This document shows, in pieces, positions 49,015 to 58,418 of a stretch of DNA of 64,000 nt; positions within the stretch are counted from its first letter, which is position 1, and each line of letters starts with the position of its first letter. The notes beneath the pieces were generated by a model, which saw only the letters and a program-made list of their open reading frames with translations, was not told the origin of the DNA and ran no database searches. Source of the stretch: Nitrospira sp. (GTDB lineage: Bacteria > Nitrospirota > Thermodesulfovibrionia > UBA6902); NCBI GenBank assembly GCA_016784355.1, contig JADHUV010000009.1:8746-72745 (forward strand). Reading direction: 5' to 3'. A program made the translations under genes and the position numbers.

Positions 49015-52000
49015 ATGAGTGATTATCTGGATACAGGCAAGAGCATAATGATTTCTGCGCCGGCCGGTTCAGGCAAGACCGAAAAGCTTGCGAGGCGTTA
49101 TATCTCATTGCTTGGCAGCGGGGTTCCGGTGGAGAGAATCCTGGCGGTCACTTTTACGGATAAGGCAGCGGCAGAGATGAAGCAGCGCATTCTAAGGATT
49201 CTCGGTCGTGAGGATAAGGTTTTGTTTGCCAGTCTCAGAGAAAGGCTGCCAATGATGCGGGTTTGTACTATTCACTCTTTCTGCGGTTCATTGCTAAGGC
49301 GTTTTGCCTTTGATGCCACTGTCGATCCAGGGTATACAGTAAGCGATGCTGTTGAAGCGGAAATGATCTGGGAGGGGGTGCTCTATGATGTCCTGATGCA
49401 GGCAGAGTCTGATCCGCAGCAGAAAGTATTCTTTCAGCATATTCTGAGCGAAAAGGGCTTCCGGGGTCTGCATTATTTCAGAGACACCATGAATGGCCTG
49501 TATGCTAGAATGCCGTTCTCTCTGGAAGCAGGGCTATGTGAGATATCCGATGAGATCTCTGAATCTGATATTGAGGAGTTACGGTTATGGGAGGGAGTAA
49601 GCAGTACGCTTGACTGGTATGAGGGCTATATAACCGGCGCCTCCCCCGGTCTTACATCGACAATGGAGGGCATGTTTCTGACATCTGTGAAAGAACCCCG
49701 AAAAAGGGCGGTAGCAGAATTAAAGCATGTACCTGATTACGGTGCCTGGGCGGAACTTATGCACAGGTTTTGGCGTGATGCGCAAACTAAGGTAAACCGT
49801 GTAAGGGCCGCAGAGATGCTGGATATTTTCCATAAGTGTCTCTCACGCTACACGGCATTTAAAAAGTCACGGAGTATCCTGGATTTCAGTGACCTGGAAT
49901 ATCTGGCCTGCCGGATGCTGATGGATAACCCGGAGTGGGCCAATATTCTCTATGCCTTTGATGAAAACACAGACCATCTTCTGGTAGATGAGTTTCAGGA
50001 TACGAACAGTTTCCAATGGGCCATTATAGACCGCCTTACCGAGGAGTGGAGGGCCGGGATGGGTTCTAAGCGGGAAGGGGGAATAAGGCCGACAGCTTTT
50101 TTTGTTGGAGATGTAAAGCAGTCAATATATTTCTTCCGTGGTGCCAATGTAGAGATATTTCACGGCGCCAGGGAGAAAATGGAAAAATGGCTCGCTGATG
50201 AATTTAACTACATTGAGGTAAAGGAAAATTACAGGAGCAGGCCGGCCATTATAGATTTTACGAACAGGGTTTTTTCCAGGATCATGAAGACCGGAGACAG
50301 CGGTGCCCCCTGGGAGTCCCGTTATACGGAGTTTGTGGCATGCAAGCCGGGTTCTGGTGAAGCCGGCAGTGTGGAAATTATTATTTTGCCTGAGGAGAAA
50401 ATTCCTGTTGCAGAGGCAAAAAAGAATGAGGGAGATTTAATCGCACGCCGCATAAAAGGATTGGCCGGTACTCACATGGTAGCGGACAGCGCTTCTGGCA
50501 GACAACGGCCCTGTACATATTCTGATATTGCAATATTGCTGAGTAAGAGGACTCATTTAAGTGGATATGAGCAGGCTCTGAGGAAACATAATATCCCTTT
50601 TGTAGCGGTCAAGGGAGTCGGGTTTTATCAGGAGTATGAGATAGGTCTGCTGAGGTCACTGATTTATTTTTTGACCAATCCCTCTGATGATTACAGCTTA
50701 TATGTACTATTGAAGGGGCCGTTTTTTGTGATGAGGGAGAAGACTGTTCTTGGTCTGGTAAATATTCAGGGTGGCTCTTTGTATGACAAGATATGCAGTG
50801 CGGATGGACTGGAGGCAGCCGGGATATTGCAAAAGTGGCGTGCCTGGCTGAAAACCAGATATCTCTCAGAGATTATCGGGACTGCAATGGTTGAGACAGG
50901 AGCCTGGCGTTATTTCCATACTCCTCAGCAGCGGGCTAATATAATAAAGTTCATAAGTATACTTGAGGGGCTTGAGTCAGATGGGAAGTCCATGATAATG
51001 ATCAGGGATTTTCTTGAAAAAACGGAAAGCAAAAATCAGGAGCCCAAGGCTAATGTGAGCGTCAGGGGAATGGAGGCTGTAAAGATAATGACCGTGCATG
51101 CCTCTAAAGGCCTTGAGTTTCCTATAGTTATATTGCCGGGACTGGAGGAGGCGTTTTCGGCCAGGGCGGGCGAGAGTCTTGTATTTGAGCGGGAAGGCAG
51201 CTTTTTCTATAAGTATGAATCGGAAGCCTCGCTGAGAAAACTGGATGAGGATTATATATTACAGGCCGCACGGGAGATGGAGGAGCAGAAGAGGCTGTTT
51301 TATGTCGCGGCAACAAGGGCGGAAGAGGCGCTGGTCCTGGTCGGACGGTGGACTGAAAGGGACAATAATTGCATGGCATATCTAAGAAAGGGGCTTGGCC
51401 TTCAGCTTAATGATGGCGGGGTTACAGTGTCTGATGACTTTGAGGGTCTATCGATATTGAGTGAAGAAGATGTGGCAATGCTGTATAGTCACAGCACTGT
51501 ATCCGGGGAATCTGCCCGGCCTGAAAAGACCATAGCCGTGCTTGCTTCTCCTGTATCAGTGCGCACACCCTGGGTCAGCGTGACGGCGGAACAGGAGATC
51601 ACGAATGCACTCGACAGCGATTCCGGAGGGCTTGGTGATCTTATACATCGATTACTGGAAAAGGTCTCCCTGGGCTTGCTTCAGGAAAAGGATATTTTGT
51701 CAGACGCTGGTATTATGCTGGAATTAACGGGTTATTTTTCTGAGCTGAAAGAAAAGAAACTGTGTATCATTTCTAATGAGATTAAGGTGATGAAGGCAAG
51801 CGGTGCGTGGGAAGAAATAGTAGTACCGCGTAAAGATTCTTTTGCTGAGCTTCCATTTGTTCTGCGCAGCGGAAGCGTAGTATACAGCGGCAGAATAGAC
51901 CGCGTGATACGCTCGGGAAGTACATACAATATTTATGATTATAAGACGTTTCCGGTGAACAAGGCAGATTTAAAAGAGGTAAGCAAGGCATATAGTGAAC

Positions 52001-52104
52001 AGCTTCGGATATACAGGATGGCGGTTGAGAGACTCTTCGGTGTGTCCGGGGTGAAAACCTTTTTGGTCTTTACCGGCAGCGGAGATGTACTGGAGGTGAA
52101 ATAG
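49015..52104 (+). CDS. AddA-like UvrD/Rep-family helicase with a C-terminal nuclease domain
   Basis: Walker A APAGSGKT, VDEFQDTN, the YRS motif, TVHASKGLEF, and the C-terminal GRIDRV ... IYDYKT nuclease motif. Confidence 0.8.
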   Translation: MSDYLDTGKSIMISAPAGSGKTEKLARRYISLLGSGVPVERILAVTFTDKAAAEMKQRILRILGREDKVLFASLRERLPMMRVCTIHSFCGSLLRRFAFDATVDPGYTVSDAVEAEMIWEGVLYDVLMQAESDPQQKVFFQHILSEKGFRGLHYFRDTMNGLYARMPFSLEAGLCEISDEISESDIEELRLWEGVSSTLDWYEGYITGASPGLTSTMEGMFLTSVKEPRKRAVAELKHVPDYGAWAELMHRFWRDAQTKVNRVRAAEMLDIFHKCLSRYTAFKKSRSILDFSDLEYLACRMLMDNPEWANILYAFDENTDHLLVDEFQDTNSFQWAIIDRLTEEWRAGMGSKREGGIRPTAFFVGDVKQSIYFFRGANVEIFHGAREKMEKWLADEFNYIEVKENYRSRPAIIDFTNRVFSRIMKTGDSGAPWESRYTEFVACKPGSGEAGSVEIIILPEEKIPVAEAKKNEGDLIARRIKGLAGTHMVADSASGRQRPCTYSDIAILLSKRTHLSGYEQALRKHNIPFVAVKGVGFYQEYEIGLLRSLIYFLTNPSDDYSLYVLLKGPFFVMREKTVLGLVNIQGGSLYDKICSADGLEAAGILQKWRAWLKTRYLSEIIGTAMVETGAWRYFHTPQQRANIIKFISILEGLESDGKSMIMIRDFLEKTESKNQEPKANVSVRGMEAVKIMTVHASKGLEFPIVILPGLEEAFSARAGESLVFEREGSFFYKYESEASLRKLDEDYILQAAREMEEQKRLFYVAATRAEEALVLVGRWTERDNNCMAYLRKGLGLQLNDGGVTVSDDFEGLSILSEEDVAMLYSHSTVSGESARPEKTIAVLASPVSVRTPWVSVTAEQEITNALDSDSGGLGDLIHRLLEKVSLGLLQEKDILSDAGIMLELTGYFSELKEKKLCIISNEIKVMKASGAWEEIVVPRKDSFAELPFVLRSGSVVYSGRIDRVIRSGSTYNIYDYKTFPVNKADLKEVSKAYSEQLRIYRMAVERLFGVSGVKTFLVFTGSGDVLEVK

Positions 52105-52865
52105 TGGGAAGACCGCTTGGGCAGCATTTTCTTTTTGATAAAAATATACTGAAAAAGATAATCAGGTATTCGGGAATAACAAAAAAAGATACGGTTGTTG
52201 AGATCGGGCCTGGACTCGGTCCGCTGACAGCCCTGCTTGCTGAAAGTGCGGGGAGGGTGGTGGCGCTGGAAAAGGACCGGAAGCTCATAGACCGGCTTTC
52301 TGAAAATCTTAAGGGGTATGACAATGTCGAGATCGTAAGCACGGATGCCCTGAAGTATCCATACGAAACACTTGGTGATAGTTTCAGGGTGGTTGCAAAT
52401 ATACCCTATTACATTACCACTCCGATAATCTTTAATCTGCTTGAATACCGGGCCTCGCTTAAAAGTATGACCCTGCTGATGCAGAAGGAGGTAGGGAGGC
52501 GAATTGTTGCAGTGCCGCCCGGCCGTGAGTACGGTGTACTCTCGATTTCTACGCAGCTATATACCCGTCCTGAGCTTAAGTTTACGGTCTCCAGGAAGGC
52601 CTTCTCTCCGCCGCCGGCAGTTGATTCTGCTGTTGTTCATTTCGATGTTTCGCCGGTGCCCTTGTATGATGTGGGGGATGCACAGTTGTTTCGCTCTATA
52701 GTGAAGGCCTGTTTTTCTCAGCGCAGAAAAACCATTCTCAATGGTCTGAAGGCCTTTGAGGGAATCAGGGAGGCACTGGATGCAGCTGGTATTGATCCTG
52801 TTGTCAGGCCGGAAACGCTCTCCATAGACAAGTTTGCAGATCTTGCCCGATGTCTGCGTAAGTAA
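52104..52865 (+). CDS. rsmA: 16S rRNA (adenine1518/1519-N6)-dimethyltransferase
   Basis: LGQHFL start, EIGPGLGPLT SAM motif and the NIPYYITTPI block. Its GTG start overlaps the AddA stop by 1 nt. Confidence 0.9.
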   Translation: MGRPLGQHFLFDKNILKKIIRYSGITKKDTVVEIGPGLGPLTALLAESAGRVVALEKDRKLIDRLSENLKGYDNVEIVSTDALKYPYETLGDSFRVVANIPYYITTPIIFNLLEYRASLKSMTLLMQKEVGRRIVAVPPGREYGVLSISTQLYTRPELKFTVSRKAFSPPPAVDSAVVHFDVSPVPLYDVGDAQLFRSIVKACFSQRRKTILNGLKAFEGIREALDAAGIDPVVRPETLSIDKFADLARCLRK

Positions 52866-53103
52866 ATTTTTTTTACAGCCTCTCGAGAACACTTTTTGTG
52901 TATAATTGTCATAGCAAATTCAATGCCTGATTACTGTAAATATGTTTTACAGTAGGCGTTTTATGTCCCTGTAACCTACGCTTTTATTGGTTTTGCGAGA
53001 TATATTTATGTGTAAATATCCTTTACAATCAAGCAGGAACCCCCTCTGTGTGCTGTTTTTGAAACTTTTTTAACACCCCCTAAAGTAAATTTCTTTTACA
53101 GCC
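52860..53103. promoter_or_regulatory. Array of four GTAAA-N5-TTTAC(A) inverted repeats spaced 73-76 bp apart, upstream of the S8 protease gene
   Basis: Copies are centred at 52869, 52943, 53019 and 53092. Copy 2 extends to TACTGTAAA-tatgt-TTTACAGTA. Copies 1 and 4 are 20/21 identical over AAGTAAATTT[T/C]TTTTACAGCC. Confidence 0.6.
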
Positions 53104-53177
53104 GAAGAAGAGTTACTAAGAGCCTGAAAGCCGGAAAGGCCTCAAGGCAAATGAGATGAAATTAGGGAGGTAGTCCT

Positions 53178-55367
53178 GTGTATAATCGAATGGTTCGTGT
53201 ACTTTCTTGTATGGCAGTTGTGCTGATACTGGCCGGTTATTTTTCATTCGCTTATGCAGAGTATGTGCCGGGTGAGGTTCTGGTTAAGTACAGGGACGGC
53301 AGCATGATATCTGAGAGTACGCTTTCCGAGGATGCCGGAATACAGCAGAAAAAGGATTTCCGTGCGATCCGGCTGCATCACATGGCGCTTCCGGAAAATA
53401 TGTCAGTGCAAGAGGCAATAGCAATTTATCAGCAGGATCCCAATGTTGAGTATGCAGAGCCCAATTATATTGTTGAAATAAATACTATTCCGGATGATAC
53501 TGATTTTACAGGTTTGTGGGGCATGCACAATGAAGGACAGACTGGGGGAGCAGTAGATGCGGATATTGATGCCCCTGAGGCCTGGGAACTTACTGTCGGA
53601 TCCGAAGATGTCATTGTGGCGGTAGTTGATACAGGGGTGGTTTATACACATCCGGACCTTAGTGCAAATATATGGACGAATTCCGGAGAAACCAGCTGCG
53701 TCGATGGTATTGACAATGATGGTAACGGCTATATTGATGATTGTAATGGCTGGGATTTTGTCGGCAGTGATAATGATCCTACAGACTATAATGGACATGG
53801 CACGCATGTAGCCGGAACTATTGCTGCGGTAGGAAATAATGCAGACGGCGTTAGCGGTGTGATGTGGAGAGCAAAGATTATGCCTCTTAGATTCCTGGGT
53901 GTAAATGGCACAGGCACTACCGCAGATGCTGTATCAGCGATACTTTATGCCTCTGCCAATGGCGCTCATGTTATAAACAATAGCTGGGGCGGCGGTGGAT
54001 ATAGTCAGGCATTGAAGGATGCTATAGATGCATCAGATACGGTGGTGGTATGCGCTGCCGGCAATAGTGGCAGTAATGTTGAGAGCACTCCATTTTATCC
54101 CGCCAGTTACACGAGTTCCAATATTATCTCTGTTGCCGCTACAGACCACAATGATCAATTGGCTGCTTTTTCCAATTATGGCATTACGTCCGTAGATATA
54201 GCCGCCCCCGGCGCTGGTATATACAGCACTGTACCGGTAATTGGCTATGGGGCACCGGTTACTGTTTACAGTCAACAGAGTTTTGAGGGTGCCTCCGGTG
54301 AACTTCCGCTGCTGGGCTGGAACCGGGGCGGAGCAAATTCCTCCTGGTCAGTTACGAGCGGTACCGGTACAGATGGAAGTAACAGCCTTGAGGACAGTCC
54401 CGGGGCTGACTATAGTAACAGCACTGGCTCCTGGGCAGGTTATATGACCCCGATAACCTCGGTGAAGGACAATATATACACTCTAACATTCAGCTGGAAG
54501 GGTGAGCTGGAAAATTATTTTGATTATCTGGATATTAACTATTCTCTGGACGGAAGCTCCTGGGACTGGGTTGATTACCGTACGGGCAGCACCAGTGGAG
54601 ATTTTGAGTCAGACTCCTCTGAGGATCTTACAAGCATTGCGGAGTCTTATGATGAATTTTATTTTGGCTTCGGTATTACTGCTGATAGCTCCGTAACCAG
54701 CGAGGGTGTGAGCATTGATGATATTGAATTAACTAGAACTCCTCTGCGGATTAGCAGTTACGGCTATTCAAGTTATAACGGGACATCCATGGCCGCTCCT
54801 CATGTGGCCGGGGTTGCAGGGCTTGTCAAGGCGCTGCATCCGGAATTTTCCAATCTGCAGATTCGGAGTGCGATAATAAACAGCGTAGATGTAAAAGCGG
54901 ATCTGGTGGGAAGTATCGCAACCGGAGGCAGACTGAATGCCTATGGGGCCCTTGTTGAAACGAATATCGATGTTATCAGTGATGGCAGCGGTGACAGTGA
55001 AACTGTTGTAGTGCCGGGAAGCAACTCAGGTATAGTTGAGGCAGCAGCCGGCGGTGGCGGCGGCGGTGGCGGCTGTTTTATCGCAACTGCGGCATACGGA
55101 AGTTTTATGCACCCGTATGTCAGGGATCTCAGAGAGTTCAGGGATGATTATTTATTGAGCAATTATCCGGGCAGGCTTTTTGTATATATGTATTACAAGT
55201 ACTCACCGCCTGTAGCGAATATTATAAAAGACAGCGAAGGCCTGCGGTTTGCATCAAGGATATTGCTGGCTCCAGTTGTTGCAGCAGTTACGATGCCTTA
55301 CCATGTACTGACATTAATGCTTGCAGGGGGTTTCATCTATATGCTCCGCCGCCGCAGAGTCCGGTAG
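53178..55367 (+). CDS. Secreted subtilisin-like (S8) serine protease with an inserted beta-rich module and a Gly8-CFIATAAYGS C-terminal anchor domain
   Basis: SD GGGAGG plus a GTG start. Signal peptide, then an I9-like propeptide. Catalytic D (VAVVDTGV), H (HGTHVAG) and S (GTSMAAPHVAG). An insert of ~190 aa lies before the Ser motif. The C-terminus is GGGGGGGGCFIATAAYGS ... hydrophobic helix ... RRRRVR. Confidence 0.9.
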   Translation: MYNRMVRVLSCMAVVLILAGYFSFAYAEYVPGEVLVKYRDGSMISESTLSEDAGIQQKKDFRAIRLHHMALPENMSVQEAIAIYQQDPNVEYAEPNYIVEINTIPDDTDFTGLWGMHNEGQTGGAVDADIDAPEAWELTVGSEDVIVAVVDTGVVYTHPDLSANIWTNSGETSCVDGIDNDGNGYIDDCNGWDFVGSDNDPTDYNGHGTHVAGTIAAVGNNADGVSGVMWRAKIMPLRFLGVNGTGTTADAVSAILYASANGAHVINNSWGGGGYSQALKDAIDASDTVVVCAAGNSGSNVESTPFYPASYTSSNIISVAATDHNDQLAAFSNYGITSVDIAAPGAGIYSTVPVIGYGAPVTVYSQQSFEGASGELPLLGWNRGGANSSWSVTSGTGTDGSNSLEDSPGADYSNSTGSWAGYMTPITSVKDNIYTLTFSWKGELENYFDYLDINYSLDGSSWDWVDYRTGSTSGDFESDSSEDLTSIAESYDEFYFGFGITADSSVTSEGVSIDDIELTRTPLRISSYGYSSYNGTSMAAPHVAGVAGLVKALHPEFSNLQIRSAIINSVDVKADLVGSIATGGRLNAYGALVETNIDVISDGSGDSETVVVPGSNSGIVEAAAGGGGGGGGCFIATAAYGSFMHPYVRDLREFRDDYLLSNYPGRLFVYMYYKYSPPVANIIKDSEGLRFASRILLAPVVAAVTMPYHVLTLMLAGGFIYMLRRRRVR

Positions 55368-55521
55368 GGCGTTACCTTTAATCACAGACATACTCACGTT
55401 TGAATTGGCATACACTTTTTGCGTATATTAGGTGCTGCAGAATGATACTGCATTCATTTAATTAGTCCTGAATTGCGGGTGGCCAACATTCAAATGCTAG
55501 CCATATTACTTTATTACTTTT

Positions 55522-57393
55522 ATGAACATAGATAAAAAATACGATATTCTTGTCATTGGTGCCGGACATGCCGGATGTGAAGCGGCCCTTGCCTCTGCAC
55601 GCATGGGACTGAAGACGGCTATTTTTACTATAAATGCTGATAATATCGGGCAGATGTCCTGCAACCCCGCGATTGGAGGTCTTGCCAAAAGTCATCTGGT
55701 CAAAGAGATAGATGCACTGGGCGGTGAGATGGCCAGGATCACTGATAAGGCCGGCATACAGTTTAAGGTATTAAACCGTAGCAAGGGCCCGGCGGTCTGG
55801 GCTACTCGCGTGCAGGCTGACAGGGCTCTTTACCGCAGGCATATGAAGGACTCGCTTGAGCAGCAGGAGAGGCTTGATATTGTTTCGGAGAGCGTGGAGG
55901 AGATCCTGGTTGCGGATGGTCTGATAACTGGTATCAAAAGTTCACTTTGTCAGTACAGTGCCGAAGCGGTGATTATTGCAACCGGTACATTTTTAAATGG
56001 ACTGATTCATATTGGAAGAAAGAGTAAGCCTGCTGGCAGGGCAGGTGAGCCGCCTTCGCTGAATCTCTCAAAAAGTCTTTCGGAAAAAGGTTTCCGCATC
56101 GGTCGATTAAAGACCGGAACTCCACCCAGGATAGCCAGAGATTCTATAGATTTTTCAGTGATGGAGGTGCAGGATGGTGAGGTTCCGCCTCCGCCAATGT
56201 CATTGTTTACGGATGAGATTGTAAACACCCAGCTTCCCTGCTATATGACTTTTACTAATGAGAATACGCACAGGATCATAAGGGATAATCTTGACTCCTC
56301 ACCATTATACAGCGGAGTTATTAAGGGTATAGGTCCCAGATACTGCCCGTCCATCGAGGACAAGATAGTGAAATTTTCCGATAAGTCCCGTCATCAGGTA
56401 TTTCTAGAGCCGGAGGGTATTGATAGTGATGAATACTACGTCAACGGCATATCCACAAGCATGCCTGAAGAGGTTCAGCTGCAGATGGTCAGGAGTATCA
56501 GCGGGCTTGAAAATGCAGTGATAAATAAACCCGGTTATGCGATTGAATATGATTTTGTCTATCCGACTCAGCTGCACCTGACGCTCGAGACAAAACTCGT
56601 TCAGGGGCTTTATCTGGCCGGGCAGATTAATGGGACCTCCGGATATGAAGAGGCCGCAGCTCAGGGCCTGCTTGCCGGTATAAATGCGGCGCTTAAGATT
56701 AAGAAAAAAGCCCCCTTTATCCTTGGCCGGGATGAGGCATATGCCGGAGTGCTTATAGATGATCTGGTTACAAAAGGGACGAGTGAGCCCTATCGTATGT
56801 TTACCTCCAGGGCAGAGTACAGGCTTCTGCTAAGGCAGGATAATGCAGATCTTCGTCTTCTGGAAAAAGGACACGGACTCGGTCTAATCAGCGATGAACA
56901 GTATGAGCAGTTTCTATCCAGAAAGGACGCAATATTCCGTGAGCTTTTGAGGATAAAAAAAGTTATGGTCAGGCCGGAGCAGATTAATCCTTTGCTTGAT
57001 GCCAGGGGCGGCTCTATTATTAGTGAGAGCGCTGCTTTTTATAAGCTGCTGAAGCGGCCTGAATTATCTTATGCAGACATCGCTTCTGTGGTGAACACGG
57101 AGGAATTGGCGCCCGAGGTGATTAATCAGGTAGAGATACAGGCGAAATACAGCGGTTATGTCAGAAAGCAGGCAGAGCAGGCGGAAAAGTTCAGAAAGGT
57201 GGAGGACAGGATTATTCCTGAGGAAATTAATTACTCAGAAGTAAGCGGATTGTCCAGAGAGATCCTCGAAAAACTTCTGGAGGTCAGGCCTCTTAATATA
57301 GGTCAGGCTGGCAGGATTCCTGGTGTGACACCTGCGGCCGTATCTGCATTGATGATAGCTGTCAGCAGGATGAGTCGAGAAGAAAAGAAGTAA
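55522..57393 (+). CDS. mnmG: tRNA uridine-5-carboxymethylaminomethyl modification enzyme MnmG (GidA)
   Basis: FAD motif [12 protein letters not shown], the NPAIGG block, [11 protein letters not shown], and [17 protein letters not shown]. Confidence 0.95.
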   Translation: MNIDKKYDILVIGAGHAGCEAALASARMGLKTAIFTINADNIGQMSCNPAIGGLAKSHLVKEIDALGGEMARITDKAGIQFKVLNRSKGPAVWATRVQADRALYRRHMKDSLEQQERLDIVSESVEEILVADGLITGIKSSLCQYSAEAVIIATGTFLNGLIHIGRKSKPAGRAGEPPSLNLSKSLSEKGFRIGRLKTGTPPRIARDSIDFSVMEVQDGEVPPPPMSLFTDEIVNTQLPCYMTFTNENTHRIIRDNLDSSPLYSGVIKGIGPRYCPSIEDKIVKFSDKSRHQVFLEPEGIDSDEYYVNGISTSMPEEVQLQMVRSISGLENAVINKPGYAIEYDFVYPTQLHLTLETKLVQGLYLAGQINGTSGYEEAAAQGLLAGINAALKIKKKAPFILGRDEAYAGVLIDDLVTKGTSEPYRMFTSRAEYRLLLRQDNADLRLLEKGHGLGLISDEQYEQFLSRKDAIFRELLRIKKVMVRPEQINPLLDARGGSIISESAAFYKLLKRPELSYADIASVVNTEELAPEVINQVEIQAKYSGYVRKQAEQAEKFRKVEDRIIPEEINYSEVSGLSREILEKLLEVRPLNIGQAGRIPGVTPAAVSALMIAVSRMSREEKK

Positions 57394-57410
57394 GCGCCAG
57401 ATTTGTTAAT

Positions 57411-57459
57411 AAAAAAAGCCGGCATTTTCTTGTTATTGGTCAAACAGAAAATGCCGGCT
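57411..57459 (-). terminator. Hairpin terminator for the tetrahaem cytochrome gene (it also lies downstream of mnmG)
   Basis: 13-bp stem AGCCGGCATTTTC / GAAAATGCCGGCT. A T7 run follows on the minus strand. Confidence 0.6.
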
Positions 57460-57468
57460 TCATATTAT

Positions 57469-58041
57469 TTAATGCTCGTGTTTAAGCGGGAAATGTTCAT
57501 GAACATTCTTTAGCCTTTCTTTGAAATCAAACTTGTACTTTGGATCAAGTTTTTCATTGAAAGGACTTTTGCCGCCGTGACATCGCAGGCAGATTGCTTC
57601 ACTTTCAGAAGGAATCTGCAGCCCTGCAGCCTTTACATCAGCCAGTTTATGCTTTTTGTCTTTCTTCATTATCTTGGAATAATCGCTGCCTGCACCATGA
57701 CATGATTCACACTGAACTCCCGCGAGTTTTGGAGTTGCCTCGATGCTGGTAAAGCCGGTGGCCTCGCCGTAGCCGGTTGTATGGCATTCAAGGCACTCAG
57801 GATCTGCGGTGTAATCCTTTGCAGGATCGAGCCCTGCCTTTGTCTTTTCCTCTGCTTTTATTCCGGGTTTCAGGTTTTCAAAGCTGTTAGCCATGGAAGT
57901 TTCATTCCATGACTTAAACTGCTTTATGTGACATGCCTTGCATTTTTTTGCTCCGATATAATCGGCATTAGCGTCTACGGCTGAAAAGTACAGCGATAAA
58001 ATGAATACGGATACTGCAATTGATAATAATTTTTTCACCAA
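57469..58041 (-). CDS. Periplasmic tetrahaem c-type cytochrome
   Basis: Signal peptide and four CxxCH motifs (CKACH, CLECH, CESCH, CLRCH). Confidence 0.8.
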   Translation of the reverse strand: MVKKLLSIAVSVFILSLYFSAVDANADYIGAKKCKACHIKQFKSWNETSMANSFENLKPGIKAEEKTKAGLDPAKDYTADPECLECHTTGYGEATGFTSIEATPKLAGVQCESCHGAGSDYSKIMKKDKKHKLADVKAAGLQIPSESEAICLRCHGGKSPFNEKLDPKYKFDFKERLKNVHEHFPLKHEH

Positions 58042-58129
58042 TTCACCTCTTTAAGATAGATTTTTTTCTTAATTTACAATAGCAATTAATTGTGAATTAT
58101 CTGTGAATAGCATATGGACAAGAAAAAAA

Positions 58130-58198
58130 TGGCGGCGGAGGCAGGATTCGAACCCACAGCCTTGCGGCCAATGGTGTTCAAGGCCCGGCACTTCCTCC
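58130..58198 (-). pseudogene. Decayed/truncated tRNA-Ser-like sequence (69 nt)
   Basis: The 3' portion ...GGCC-GCAA-GGCT GTGGGTTCGAATCCTGCCTCCGCCGCCA matches the variable arm, T-arm, acceptor 3' strand and CCA of the tRNA-Ser at 59736-59821. The D-arm and the 5' anticodon-stem strand are missing, and the acceptor pairs at only 5/7. Confidence 0.5.
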
Positions 58199-58279
58199 AT
58201 GATCACCTAACCCGCTGATTCCTTTATGTTTTAAAAATTTGGCTTTTCTCTTGCATCATCTGGTGTCGGCTTAAATTAG

Positions 58280-58301
58280 AAAAAAATGTCTGCAGACATT
58301 T
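58280..58301 (-). terminator. Rho-independent terminator after the channel gene
   Basis: Perfect 18-bp palindrome AAATGTCTGCAGACATTT, with a T-run following on the minus strand. Confidence 0.55.
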
Positions 58302-58418
58302 TATATGTTAAAAAGATGTGCTTTAGCCAATATATACAACGGCTATTATATTATCATGAAAGATGAAATATTTACAATCGATTGCGCCCTTCCCGCTGCC
58401 TGCTGCAGTGTACTGTCC

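Noticed and set aside
46307-52104. The PD-(D/E)XK nuclease plus UvrD helicase pair, considered as a possible anti-phage defence module.
   Set aside because: The domain order, the AddB-type 1+3 Cys cluster, the dual nuclease motifs and the housekeeping neighbours (rsmA, HIT, cutA, rho) fit the AddAB recombination-repair enzyme better than a defence island.
55050-55073. (GGC/GGT)8 trinucleotide repeat in the protease gene, considered as a possible contingency locus.
   Set aside because: It is in frame and encodes the Gly8 linker preceding the CFIATAAYGS box. Length changes would stay in frame, so I treat it as a coding low-complexity linker and mention it under the protease finding.
58130-58198. 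The 69-nt tRNA-like sequence considered as a functional tRNA, including tRNA-Sec because of its odd geometry.
   Set aside because: There is no TCA anticodon, no foldable anticodon stem around CTTGAAC and no D-arm, and the acceptor stem pairs at only 5/7. It is best explained as a decayed tRNA-Ser copy.
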